Source: the human T2T-CHM13v2.0 reference genome, Homo sapiens. Taken from it: a DNA stretch of 64,000 bases. The stretch lies in NCBI RefSeq assembly GCF_009914755.1, contig NC_060927.1; one strand, written 5' to 3'. This document shows positions 1 through 13,080 of the stretch, one piece after another. Made by a program: the position numbers and the translations under genes. The notes under the pieces are model-generated. The model was not told where the DNA came from, ran no database searches, and saw only the letters and a program-made list of their open reading frames with translations. Position 1 is the first letter of the stretch. The number at the start of each line of letters is the position of its first letter.

Positions 1-796
1 TTCAGTGAAAATGTTTTAATGAAGAGTTAGGCTACTTGTAGCATTTCTACTTTACTTAACTCTATCATCAATGACAATTACTAGAGAAATTTAAAATTAT
101 CTGTACAAATAATGCCTTTTTTACTCCATAAATATTAATTTCAATACCTTCCAAATAATAAATTAAGTCCATAAACTTAATTATAAGCATATTACCAAAG
201 CAAACTATGAAATTTGTCATAGTGCTCTAAATAGTAGCTGCTGCTTTAAAGAGTCCTTGATTGACCTCTGGCAAGAGGAACATTATTCAGTAAAATGAGT
301 TATTTCACCTACAGAAATAGCATTCATTTGCCAACAATGTCGGTGAGTTTTCACCACTTCCTTTCATTTTAGCAATCAATTTGAGAGCTGTACTAAAAGC
401 AGCATAAAGTTCATTGTCCTCTGGCACAAAATCAGACAGCACATTTAAATTTGGCTGTGCTATAAAACCCATGTAAACAATAAATGCTTTTACATAAAAA
501 TATGTCCAAAGTGAAATACCTTAAAATACGTATAATAAATTAAAAAAGAGTGTTTTAGAAATCTTTAAGAATTTTTTTTCAGTTAATTTCATGGAAAATG
601 CGTAACAAAAATTATGTACAAATTATTTATACTTGCTTATCTTTAGTTCAAAAATTTACATAGTTGTTTTAGCTAAAAAGCATAAAGTAATATTATTTTT
701 TAAGTTTATACTTTGGACAATGACTACAAAAATTGTTATATACATTATTTGAAATAATTCACCAAAATGTTTTTTGAAGTTGGTGCTAGCACTATA

Positions 797-910
797 TTGA
801 GAAACTGAGGCATTGAGTTGGGTTATTTCCCCAAGCTCTCAAAGGGTAAATTATGGAGCCATGATTCAAATCCAAGCTGTCTGCACCCCAATCATAATTA
901 TTAAACACTG
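797..910 (-). mobile_element. MIR SINE fragment
   Basis: gagaaactgaggc...ccaag...ggagccatgattcaaatccaagctgtctg matches the antisense MIR core. Confidence 0.7.
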
Positions 911-1989
911 TATTATATTGCTTATGGAAAATCATAACAGAAATAATGTGAAGCAAAAATAATCTTCATTTAACCTTTTCTGATAATTTGATTTATTACC
1001 AAAGCTGCATGTTTGTAAAATCATATGATTTTTCACTTATCAAATTGATAAGATTTTTTTTCATCCAAACATGAGTTCAAATTGGAATGTCATATGATGC
1101 AATCTCTCTAAAAATAATTTAGGCAAATAAATTAAAAGCTTGATAAGAGGTATAACTTTTGACCCAGGAACTCGTAATTCAGAAAAGTAATTCTAGATTA
1201 TCAATGGTCAGGGCATGTGGAAATGGAAAGTCCCCAGAGAAGATTGCCTAAAGTGAAAATAACTGGTTGCCATGTTTATTGTAAGAAAAGAGTTCAGGAA
1301 CACAAGCCCATGATGATTAAAGGATGCAATATTACATTTCATTAGGCCCATAAAACTAGAGTTATTGGGTGGTGATATATGATTCTTAATAGAAACATTA
1401 TATAAACTGCACAAAGAGAATTTGTTTCAGGGTGGGAATATAACCACATAGCCACTTAGTTTTCATGGAAGACTTCATGATGTAGAGTTTGTCACCATTG
1501 TTTGAAATCAATTAGTGTAATTATAATATATAACTCACTTAAATCCCTGTTCTTTAGAGCAAATAAGACTTGAATTTTATTAATGACTAAGATTGTTACC
1601 AATAATTCACCCATTTAGCAAAGATAATGAAGTTTATAAACAGGAGAGACCCCTCTGGTCTTTGGTTGGCTAGCCTGGATACCATGTTAGAAATGATCCT
1701 CCATAATCCTTTGGTGCTCTGGTGTTTTTTTTTTTTTTTTTTTTTCCCCACTTTGGGCTATAGAATTCAGATTGCCAAGATCTCCCAGCTCCTGCCTCAC
1801 AACATCAGCAGAAACTGTGATTAAGCAGGAGAAGATCATTCTCAGTTACTCTTGGAAATAGGATACATCTACCAGTTTCCTAATTTGGGTAAATTTTTAC
1901 CTTCTGTTATCTCAGGTGCAGCCTAACCCAGTCTATCGGCATAAGGTTCCTCATGTTTATTTGATTCAGCTCAGCATGCACCCTCCTCA

Positions 1990-2110
1990 GGACACCTGGA
2001 TTTGTTCTTTGCTCTGTCTGGATTATTCATCCAGAAGGAATATATAGATGGTTTAATTCCTCACTAACCTAAGGTCTTTATGTAAGTGTCACCTTCCTAA
2101 TAAAGCTTGT
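1990..2110 (+). mobile_element. L2 LINE 3' region fragment
   Basis: tgttctttgctctgtctgga...cctcact...aggtcttta...gtgtcaccttc resembles the L2 3' end. Confidence 0.55.
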
Positions 2111-2346
2111 GTGGTAATACCATTAGTACTCACAAATATCTAAAGCTCCTTACTTTCTTGGAAACATAAAAAACCACAGTACCCAATCTGACTACAATTA
2201 GATAGAACTGTGACTGTGAGAGAAAAGAGTGTTATGTCTAGACAAAAAACAGTGAAAAGCCCATAACCAGTATGCCCACACCCTCATCCCCATCACAGCA
2301 AGAATGAGGGCCATATTTTGTTATTATGGCCCCAGGATTTTGTCCC

Positions 2347-2753
2347 CTATTAGACCATTCCTACATTGCAATAAAGAGACTGGGCAATTTATAGAGAAAA
2401 ATGTATAATGGGCTCACGGATCTGCAGGCTGTACAGGAAGCACCGTGCTGGCATCTGCTCAGCTTTCAGGAAGGCCTCAGGGAGCTTTAGCTCATGGGAG
2501 ATGGCAAAGGGGAAACTGGCCTCTCAGAGGGCCAGAGCAGGAACGAGAGAGGGAGGTGCCACATACTTTTAAATAACCAGACCTCAGGAGAACCTACTGT
2601 CATGAAGACAGCACCAGAAGGATGGTGCTAAACCATTCATGAGAAATCCACCTGTATGATCCAGTCACCTCCCATCAGGCCCCACCTCCAATACTGGGAA
2701 TTACAATTCTACCTGAGATTATTTTCTTGGGGAAAAGTATACAAACTATTTCA
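2347..2753 (-). mobile_element. MST-family (MSTB-like) MaLR solo LTR
   Basis: tattagaccattc...ggctcacggatctgcaggctgtacaggaagca...ggcatctgctcagct...ccagtcacctcccatcaggccccacctccaatactggg...caaactatttca; possibly nested in an older MLT1-like LTR (about 2150-2830). Confidence 0.85.
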
Positions 2754-3099
2754 CTGTGTAATGCCTTAGGAGAAAGTTGCCATAGAGAGTGGCCAGAGTT
2801 ATGAAAAACAATAAAATAAGAAAACAGTATGAAATGGTTGTTAAGTATTTCTAAATGTTTACTAAACATTTCCAAAGATTTTCGTGAGCCAAAAATATAC
2901 ATATTCATGTGTCAAATCAACTAAAATTTTAGAGTTCATATTTTACTGTAATTTAACCTATCTGACTAATGTGACTTTCTTAAATGCACAAGTTAAAATT
3001 ACAAATAGTTACCTAAAGACTCTGTTCTGCTTATTTCCTTCTTCTTATTTTTTTATACCTCTTGTAATCTAACATAGTGTACATTTTTAAAAAACTTAT

Positions 3100-3210
3100 T
3101 ATTATTACCACCACAGTCTCACTTAAGTACAGACACAAGAGAATAAAGATTTTTTATCTGTTTGTTGACTGCTACATCTGGGTAGTCAATAAATATTTGT
3201 AGAAAATCAC
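3100..3210 (+). mobile_element. L2 LINE extreme 3' end
   Basis: gattttttatctgtttgttgactgctacatc...tcaataaatatttgtagaa resembles the L2 terminus. Confidence 0.6.
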
Positions 3211-4818
3211 ATTAATGAAAATGTATAAATTAATTTCAGCATTCATGTGTTAAATTTCTGCTTACATCAATTGTCTATTTTCAAACTAATTTTCTGTCAG
3301 CATTGTATTTATATATATTTTTATACATAATTATAAATATATATAAATATAAATGTGTTATATATAAGTATAAATATATAATATATTTATATAATATATA
3401 TTATATATATTTCTTTGAGAAAGAGTTTGCTTTCACAATATAATTTCTTATATTTTAAGCAAAATCCGATTAATTAAATGGTGTTCATGAATCATAAAGT
3501 AATTTGACAATTTTTTTTTAAGTTTTACTCTTGATAATGAATGCTATAATTATTATAATTCAGTGTGGTCCTATGAGTTAATTTTAAATTTTCTTCCTCT
3601 GGATTTCATCCAAAACTCATAATCTTCTGCCTTTATACAATTATTTGTGTTTTTAGATACTTAATCATCTTTGTGTTATAAGATGAAAGTCAGTAGAAAT
3701 TCTGTTTACTTGAAAATTCTGATGAGAAAGAATTTTATACATTTTGTTGCCTCAATTTCCTTCTCAGGTGTTTCCTTAGAGATTATGTATATTCCTTCTT
3801 TTATGTATTATTAGGAAAAGAGACAATGGTTATGAGGCTAACAAAACTGCTACTTATTTGATTTTCTCATTTTCTGTGAGTAAAAATTTGAAAATTTTGG
3901 TTTATATCATTTATCAAATCTTTATGGAAAGAACAAAAGAATCTGTGAACATAACATAAAATGATTGTTAAATACTTCTAATTATTTACTATACTTTTCA
4001 AAGACAGAAATTCCTTGTCTCAGAAATTGAGAGAGTAATGATATGGCTATCAGTTTTATTCTACTATTTTATTCCAGTTTTTTAAAGAAGAGTGACAATC
4101 AATAGCATCTTATTGGTAATTAATGTTACGTAAATATGGCATAAAAATTATGCAGTTATTTTTATGATTGAACAATTTTTACTATTAAAAACCCAACCTA
4201 ACATTTTGGCCAAATGCTTTCCTATATCATCTTGTTCAGATATCTGTTTTCACCTGCTGCTTGCATCTTCTCTGTCTCTGTCTCTCTCTCTGTCTTGAGA
4301 AAGTGAAATTGTTAGCTATTGGACAAACGTGTTACTTAACAACAACTTCTCTTTCCCTCTTGTATGTAATATATAATAATTATATTATGTATATTATATA
4401 ATAGCATATTATATATACTAGACTGCACATTATATATGTACTATATAATACTATATTATATAGTATTCTGAATATTACTCCATATTTTAATTTTAAAAGT
4501 AAATATTATTCAGTATTTAAAATAGGTTACATGGATTGAAAAGACAAAATTGATAAATGGCTTTCTGATTGTCAAAAATTATGTTTACCCTGTTTTACTT
4601 AAGAAAGTGAAAAGTGTATACATTTATGTTCTTTATTGAACTTAGGTTAGTACTTGGTTAACATTAGATCATTGTCCTCCAATAGCATATGTACTTAATA
4701 AAACAATATTAGAGTTTATATAATATTGACATCGCAGTGGTTTTTTTATATGTTTAGTTCTACTTTAAAAATTATACAACTCGACTATATGTACTTAGAC
4801 AAAAAATATAAGAGGGAA

Positions 4819-5113
<295 letters not shown>

Positions 5114-5899
5114 AAGAGGAGATAGTTTTATAGGTGTAATAATTTGATGTTTTGAAGAGGTTCTTCATCACTCAGAAACAATTTTTTAAATAATGGAATA
5201 AGTATATTTTCTACACTCTTTCTTCATTTACTCTAACCAAAATAGGCAAATAATCAAGCTCTCTGAAGCATAGCACCACCAGGATCATCCATCCATGAAG
5301 CCAATTTCATATTATTCAGACTATAAAATTTATCTTTATGATTTGTCTCCCTTCAATAATTTTTTTTTACTTTTTCTGCTGTAGAATTTCATTTGATTAT
5401 CCCCCATTGTGTTTGCCTTTAATCATTTAGCCTCATAATTTTAAAACTTGATAGGTTAACATGAGAAATTACTGAATTATTATGAATGTATAAGGAAAAA
5501 TTAACATAGTATTTTTAGAACAGACAAAATAAGAGAATATTTCTATTGTTAAAACTATCAAAGTAAGGAATCCTACAGGTAGTTATCATGGGATGGGGAA
5601 CTAGTGTTTGGAATATTTAAAATACGGTTAGTTTTTAACATATATATGTCAGAACCACTGCTATATTAGGTAATAGCTAATATATTTAACAGGAAATTAT
5701 TTATTTGCCTTAATATACTCGTTCAAATTAATTTTCCTATTAATATTTTTCAAGAGCAATAAAATTTTTATTTCTACTTAATAATTATTTAGAAAAATAC
5801 TTTTCTGTTCTACTCTTGACTTTAGAACCTGTTAGTCTTTCACACAAATCAATTAAAGAAAATAGTCAAAAATGGAAAAATAGAATATAAGCAGAAAGG

Positions 5900-7640
5900 A
5901 ATCAAATAACATTTAAAATAAGTAACATAACCACCATGACGTCCATGAAAGAGAACTAACCCCAGTAGTTTTTTATCAGTATTTGGATAATTTATTCTCA
6001 GGCCAAGAAAAAGAAACTCTAAAAATATTGAACTTTATAGTTAATAGGTTTATTTTTCACGGAGGCATAGTTAGAAGATCTAAAACTACTTTTTTTCATT
6101 AAAAGACTGAACAGTTTGGTCAATGCATAATGGACAACTGGGTCTTGGTTTCTCAATATGAAGATAACAGTTATAAATATAGAACAAAGGAAGAATGAGG
6201 CTTTGTTGTTGAATTGGAATGGAAAGTGTCAGTGTGAGCTCATGTGTTTATATAGAAACCAATACTGATACATTTTTTAGATATAGATGTGTAAGGCATA
6301 AATATACGATGGAGCCTAAATATAGATAGATCTATAGATACTGATGTATCGAGGTACATATATATGTATGCATGCAAATATACACATATTTAGCCTAGAA
6401 CAGTGATCTTCCAGCGTCTGTGAACTCACTATCCCCAAGTCCTGGTTGATACGTATAATTATTTGCTAAAAGGAATGAGAACTTTCTGGGAAAAGGTCTG
6501 ATTCCAAGGCTAGGGCAGCAGAAGTTCAAGATAAATCCAAAATATCTTGTCCTCTGGAATGTGAGAAAGTGCTGTGGAATAAGAGGGAAGAACCAAAAAC
6601 AAAAACTAGCTCAAAGAGTTTTCCCTTCAACCTATGGCAGTTATTAAATAAATAAGAAATCTGAGTTCACACTGATATAAAAATAAGAAGAAGAAAGCAA
6701 AGCTCTTTTTAGAGAAGGAAGGCAACAAATAAAACATTTCAAAAAAAAAAAAAAAGATTAACCACACTTCCTAGCCTCTGGTAACCATTATTCTACTGTC
6801 TGTTTCCATGAGTTCAATTTTTTTTTTTTGCTCAAACATATTAGTGAGAACATGAAATATTCGTCTTTCATTGTATGTTTATATCAAAATAACACATGTC
6901 CCCCAAGAATACATGCAACTATTATGTATCCATAATAATTAAAAATCTAAAAATTAAAAAGTAGTGATTAAGAAATCATGTTTAGAAACATTATTACAAA
7001 AATTCATTTAGAAAATAATTATCAGAAAATTTGAATACTAGTGTATGTTTTTATATTATTTATATATCTTCTTCAAACATAAAAATGAAATAAAAAGAAA
7101 TATTAACTCTGCATTAGAGAAACTTCTCAGGTCCTACCTTAACCATGTGTGCAAAATAAACCTCACCCATGCTAGAACATACTAATTCCGTATGTCTCCT
7201 GACATAATGCACTTTTAGAAGAACATAATGTCACTTGCGTATTATTCTTGTCAAAAGTACATAAACCAGCATCTGATCCTGAGGTAACATTAGAAAATCT
7301 GATTTGAGGAATATTTTACAAAATAATTGACCAGTACTCTGTAAAAATATCAATATTAGAGAACAAAAGGAAAGGCTGAAGTACTCAGAGAGATTAAAGA
7401 GTAATAAAATGACAACCAAATGCAAGGCATGATCTGTGATTTCCTTATTGCTCAGTAAACATTATTGGGACTGTTTAAAATATTTAGAGAAAGTATGCTG
7501 ATTACAGTATTTTTAGTCATTACTAATTTCCTGATTTTAATCATTACACTGCAGTTAAGAGCTTTTAAAAACAGAACAATCTGAAATACTTAGAGATGAG
7601 GCATATGGGCTGTAACTTATTCTCAAATGGTTTAGAAAAT
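5900..7640 (+). mobile_element. Old L1 (L1MC/L1MD class) 3'UTR, interrupted
   Basis: gagaaact...accttaaccatgtg...tatgtctcctgacataatgcac...ttgaggaatattttacaaaataattgaccagtactct is characteristic of the L1MC 3' end; boundaries approximate. Confidence 0.65.
6761..6960 (+). mobile_element. Short 5'-inverted L1MA 3'UTR insertion
   Basis: 6761-6869 is antisense L1MA 3'UTR (cctagcctctggtaaccattattctac...gtgagaacatg); 6870-6960 is sense terminal 3'UTR with an A-rich tail. Confidence 0.75.
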
Positions 7641-7692
7641 AATACGTAATCAATATAATTTTATGTAATTTATATATCTAAATTTATGAATT

Positions 7693-8069
7693 TGATGTGA
7701 TTTGGCAGTGGCCCCACCCAAATCTCATCTTGAATTGTAGTTTCCATAATCCCCATGTATTGTGGGAGGGACCAGGTGAAGATAAATGAATCATGGGGGC
7801 AAGTTCCCCCATCCTGTTCTCATGATAGTGAGTTAGTTCTCACAAGATCTGATGGTTTTGTAAGGGGTTATCCCCCTTGCTGGGCTCTCCTTCTTTTCCT
7901 TCCTGCTATCATGGGAAGAAGGATGTGTTTGCTTCCCCTTCCACTATGATTGTAAATTTCCTGAGGCCTCCCCAGCCCCGTAGAACTGTGAGTCAATTGA
8001 ACCTCTTTCCTGTATAAATCACCCAATTTTGGGTATTTCTTCATAGCAATGTGAGAACAGACTAATACC
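7693..8069 (+). mobile_element. THE1C/THE1D-like MaLR solo LTR
   Basis: tgatgtgatttggc...ccccacccaaatctcatcttgaattgtag...gagaacagactaatac. Confidence 0.9.
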
Positions 8070-8739
8070 CTATCTTAATCTATAAGTAGAAATAAACATA
8101 GGTATATATAGTAATACATACACATATACATATAGATATACACACATGTATGTATGTATATGTAGAATAATAAATTAAATTTTAACTATTAGCATTTTAG
8201 GAATCTAGATGATTATATAAATTCTTTATATAATTCTCAAATATTTTCTATATGTCTGAAATTATGAAACACTTAGAAATATCATTAAAGAAAAAGAAAA
8301 TACTTCATACTAGCAATGGTTAAAGACACACACACAAATACATAAGGTTTAAAAGTCTTTTTATCTTCTTTTTAATTGTGAGAGCAATAATCTCCCTTGA
8401 CCAGAAACTAGCATTTATCAATTATTTCTTAAGTCATTTATTTTGTTCAATACCTTGTTAAATCAAGCCAGCAGTAACTATGTTCTGCTATCATCCTAAT
8501 TTCTAACGTTTTTCCCCTTGAGCTACATGCTTTATGGTATATGGTCTAGATCCAGGAAGTAGAGCAAGATAGCTGAAGCGAAGCCTCCACCAATCATCCT
8601 ACTCACAGGAATGCCAAATTGAACAACCTTCTACAGAAAAAATAACCTTTATAAGAACCCAGTATTAGTTCAGGTACCAGCCCAGCTACAGTTGGTAGAG
8701 CACCGAGTGGGCTCTTGGGGTCCCGACTTCTAGGCCTTG

Positions 8740-10994
8740 TGATATAGTTTGGCTGTGCCCCCACCCAAATCTCAACTTGAATTGTATCTCCTAGAATTTC
8801 CATGTGCTGTGGGAGGGACCCAAGGGGGAGGTAGTTGAATCATGAGGGCTGGTCTTTCCCATGCTATTCTCGAAATAGTGAACAAGTCTCAAGAGATCTG
8901 ATGGGTTTATCAGGGGTTTCTGCTTTGACTTCTCTTTCATTTTTTTTCTTGCTGCCACCATGTAAGAAGTGCCTTTCACCTCCTGCCATGATTCTGAGGC
9001 TTCCCCAGCCATGCAGAACTGTAAGTCCAATTAAACCTCTTTTTCTTCACAGTCTCTGGTATGTCTTTATGAGCAGCATGAAAATGGACTAGTAGAGTAA
9101 ATTGGTACCACTAGAGTCGGGCATTGCTGAAAAAATACGCAAAAATATGGAAGCAACTTTGGAACTGGGTAACAGACAGAGGTTGGAACAGTTTGGAGGG
9201 CTCAGAAGACAGGAAAATGTGGGAATGTTTGGAACCTCCTAGAGACTTTTTGAATGGCTTTGACAAAAATGCTGACAGCCGTATGAACAATAAGGTCCAG
9301 GCTGAGGTGGTCTCAGATGGAGATGAGGAACTTGTTGGGAGATGGAACAAAGATGACTCTTGTCATGTTTTAGCAAAGAGACTGGGAGCATTTTGCTCCT
9401 GCCCTAGAGATTTGTGGAACTTTGAACTAGAGAGAGTTGATTTAGGGTATATGGCAGAAGAAATTTCTAAGCAGCAAAGCTTTCAAAAGGTGACTTGGGT
9501 GCTATAAAAATCATTCCATTTTAAGAGGGAAACAGAGCATAAAAGTTCAGATAATTTATAGCCTGATGATGCAGTGGAAAAGAAAAATCCATTTTTTTGA
9601 GGAGAAATTCAAGCCAGCTGCCAAAATTTGCATAAAAGCAAAGAGCATAATGTTAATCCCCAAGACCATGGGGAAAATGTCTCCAGGCCATGTCAGAGAC
9701 CTTCATGGCAGCCCCTCCATTACAGGCCTGGAGGCCCAGGAGGAAAAAGTGGTTTCATGGGCTGGGCCCAAGGTCCTCATGCTGTATACAGCCTAGGGAC
9801 TTGGTGCCCTCTGTCCCAGTTGCTCCAGCCATGGCTTAAAGGGGCCAAGGTGTTTCATCCATGGTTTCAGAGGGTGCAAGCCCCAAACCTTGGAAGCTTC
9901 CATGTGGTGTTGAGCCTGTGGGTACACAGAAGTCAAGATATGAGGGTTGGGAACCTCTGCCTAGATTTCAGAAGATGTATGGAAATGCCTGGATACCCAG
10001 GCAAAAGTTTGCTGCAGGGGTGGGACCCTCATGGAGAACCTCTGCTAGGGCAGTGCAGACGGTAAATGTGGGGTCAGAGCCCGCTTACAGTGTCCCTACT
10101 GGGACACTGCATAATGGAGATGTGAGAAGAGAGCCACTGTCCTCCAGACCCCAGAATGGTAGATCCACATGGGCTAGAAAATCAACACTAGCCCATGAAA
10201 GCAGCCAGGAGAGAGGCTGTACTCTGCAAAGCCACAGGGACAGAGCTGCCCAAGACCATGCAAACCCACCTCTTGCATAAGCGTGACATGGATATGAGAC
10301 CTGGAGTCAAAGGATATCATTTTGGAGTTTTAAAATTTGACTGCCCCGCTTGATTTCAGACTTGCATGGGCCTGGTAACCCCTTTGTTTTGGCCAATTTA
10401 TCCTATTTGAAATGGCTGTATTTACCCAATGCCTGCACCTGCATTGTATCTAAGAAGTAACTAGCTTGCTTTTGATTTTAGAGGATTATAGGCAAAAGGG
10501 ACTTGCCTTGTCTCAAATGAGACTTTGGACTGTGGACTTTTTGGTCAGTGCCAAAATGAGTTAAGACTTTGGGGAACTGTTGGGAAAGCATGATTGCTTT
10601 TGAAACGTGAGGACATGAGATTTGGAGAAGCCAGGGGTGGAATGATATGGTTTGCCTCTGTCCCCACCAAAATCTTAACTTGAATTTTATCTCCCAGAAT
10701 TCCCACTTGTGTGGAGGTACCAGGGGGAGGTAATTGAATTATGGGGGCCAGTCTTTCCCATGCTATTCTTGTGATAGTGAATAAGTCTGACAAGATATGA
10801 TGGGTTTATCAGGGGTTTTTGCTTTGGCTTCTCTCTCATTTTTCTCTTGCTTCCATCATGTAATAAGTGCCTTTCACTTCCCACCATGTTTCTGAGTCTT
10901 CTTCAGCCATGTGAAACTGTAAGTCCAATTAAACGTCTTTTCTCCCCCAGTCTCTGGTATGTCTTTATCAGCAGCATGAAAATGGACTAACGTA
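8740..10994 (+). mobile_element. Full-length THE1A MaLR (LTR 8740-9096, internal 9097-10642, LTR 10643-10994)
   Basis: Two similar LTRs (tgatat.gtttg...atctcaacttgaattgtatctcc...aaaatggacta); internal region starts gtaaattggtacc and ends in a purine tract; 5-bp TSD ccttg/acttg. Confidence 0.95.
9124..9507 (+). pseudogene. Remnant of the THE1 internal (MaLR) ORF
   Basis: GWNSLEGSEDRKMWE...QAEVVSDGDEEL...CPRDLWNFELE, paralleled by the antisense MST-int ORF at 22918-23124 (CPCPRYLWNFELERDDL); downstream frames are broken. Confidence 0.8.
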
Positions 10995-12127
10995 ACTTGG
11001 CTCTTGGATGGCATTTCTGGACTTTGCCTGTTCCAGAATGGAATCCACTGCCCTGAAGAGAAAGTCCAGGCCACGAAGCATTCATCACAAGCTGACTGAA
11101 GAGCCCTAGGTGCCTTGAATGAACATAGACAGTAGTCAGGCAGTACTCATCATGGGCTTGGGGTGGTGGTGGCTACCAGAAGAGACTCCTTTGCCTGTGG
11201 ACAACAGGGGACAGAGTGGAAAGGACTTTGTCATGTGACTTGGGTGTCAGCTCAGCTGCAGTAGAAAAGATCACCAGGTAGATTCCTAAAATTTCCAACT
11301 CCAAGCTCTGGCTTCTGGATGGCAACTCTGGACCCAGCTGCAACCAGGGAGAGCTCACTGCCCTGAAGAGAAGGACACAAGCTTACTGGCTTTGCCAATT
11401 GTTGACTGTAGAGCCCTAGGTCTCCGAGTAAACATAGATGGTAACGAGGCAGTGGTTACTGTGGGCCTTGAGACCCAATTCTGTGCTGGCTTCAGATTTA
11501 ACCCAGTACAGTCCCAGTGGTGGTTGTCACAGGGGTGCTTGTGTCATTCTGCCACCAGCTCCAGGCAGCTCAGCAGAGAGGCTCTGTTTGGGAGAATGTA
11601 AGGGAAGAGAACAAGAGTCTCTGCCTGGTCATTCAGAGAATTCTTCCAGATATTACCCAAGACCACCAAGGTGGTACAGCTACAAGTCTGCAAGAGCCAC
11701 AGCATGACTGGACTTGCAGTTGCCCCTAATGCAAATATGACTGCAGTGACCAAAAGGTTAGATAACAATACCCAAGTACCTTTGAATACCTGGAAATCCT
11801 CCCCAAGTGGGATAACTATAAACAAGTCTGGACTATGAAGACTACAATAAATACCTAATTCTTCAATGTCCAGATGCCAATGAACATCAACGAGCATCAA
11901 GACCATCCAGGAAAGCATGACCTCATTAAAGAACTAAATAAGGCACCGGTGTTCAATCCTGGAGAGAGAGAGAGTTCAAAATACCTTTTTGAAGGAAATT
12001 CAGTGAAATTCAAGATGACACAGGGAAGGAGTTCAGAATTATATTAGATGAGTTTAACAAAGAGATATAAATAATTTTAAAGAGTAAAGCAGAAATTCTG
12101 GACTAAAAAATGCAATTGGCTGAAGAC

Positions 12128-12300
12128 TATACTAATTCTTATTATACTAATTCTTTTTACTAATTCTTTATATTAATACTAATTCTTTATACTATAAATT
12201 ATACTAATTTATAGTATAATACTAATAATACTAAGAATTATACTAATTCTTTATACTAATTCTTATATACTAATTCTTTAATATACCATATACTAAAGAA
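12128..12300. repeat. Degenerate tandem array of a 12-13 bp unit (atactaattcttt)
   Basis: About 8-10 copies of tactaattct/tactaa, with inverted pieces. Confidence 0.9.
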
Positions 12301-13080
12301 TATGGTATATGGTCTACTTAACATGTAACAAGAAACAATAGTTTCCCCCAAAAAATTGCTTCTCATGTATAACGGATCACCATCTTTTCAACGTCAAACA
12401 ATTATTCTCATACTGTTAGCCAATAGACAGTGAGATACTTCCACATACTTTTGGTTTTGTTTTGTTAATAGCCAATCATTGATTATAATATTATTGCAAT
12501 GTAACATATTTAGTACAGTTTTCCTAGAATATTATAATACATTTCTTTTCTAGAATATTATATATAATTCAAATGTATTAGTATACTAAACTAAAATAGT
12601 CACCATTAAATATTATTCCTTAATGCATAAAATAACAAAATTTTAGAAAAATATTAGTTTCTGTTACCTATTTACATTATGAGAAATATAATGATAAATG
12701 CTAATGATTTTGATTAACTGCTATAATTCAACACTAATGTAATATTTGATTGTACAGAAGATGAGTAGGAGTTTTCTAGCTGAGTGGTTTATAAAATGGC
12801 TATATTCACACATTTAAATTGATCATTAATTTGTGTAAATTTGAATTAATATGATTGATTTCTCTCATATTTTCTTGTTATAAACATCATTTTCTTTACC
12901 TTAGCAAAACTAGGGAAGCATTTATAAATATACATATAAATAATTATATATATCTTAGTGATATTACTCATGAGATTTCATACATGAAAGCACACTGGAT
13001 ATTGCCCAACAGTTACTTTTACTTATTTGCCAAATATTGTTTACATTTAAATTTGATACATTACAAATATCTTCCAGTAA

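Larger units (their letters stand above)
8549..12127 (+). mobile_element. L1 (L1PB/L1MA class) 5'UTR plus ORF1 start only, split by THE1A
   Basis: gagcaagatagctgaa...aagcctccacc L1 5' start; collinear with the 5'UTR of the L1 at 34327; homology stops early in ORF1; tatggtatatggtcta at 8533-8548 and 12301-12316. Confidence 0.85.

Noticed and set aside
8795-8825. PRDM9 hotspot motif in THE1A LTRs
   Set aside because: Neither LTR has the CCTCCCTNNCCAC version (5' LTR reads gtgctgtgggaggg)
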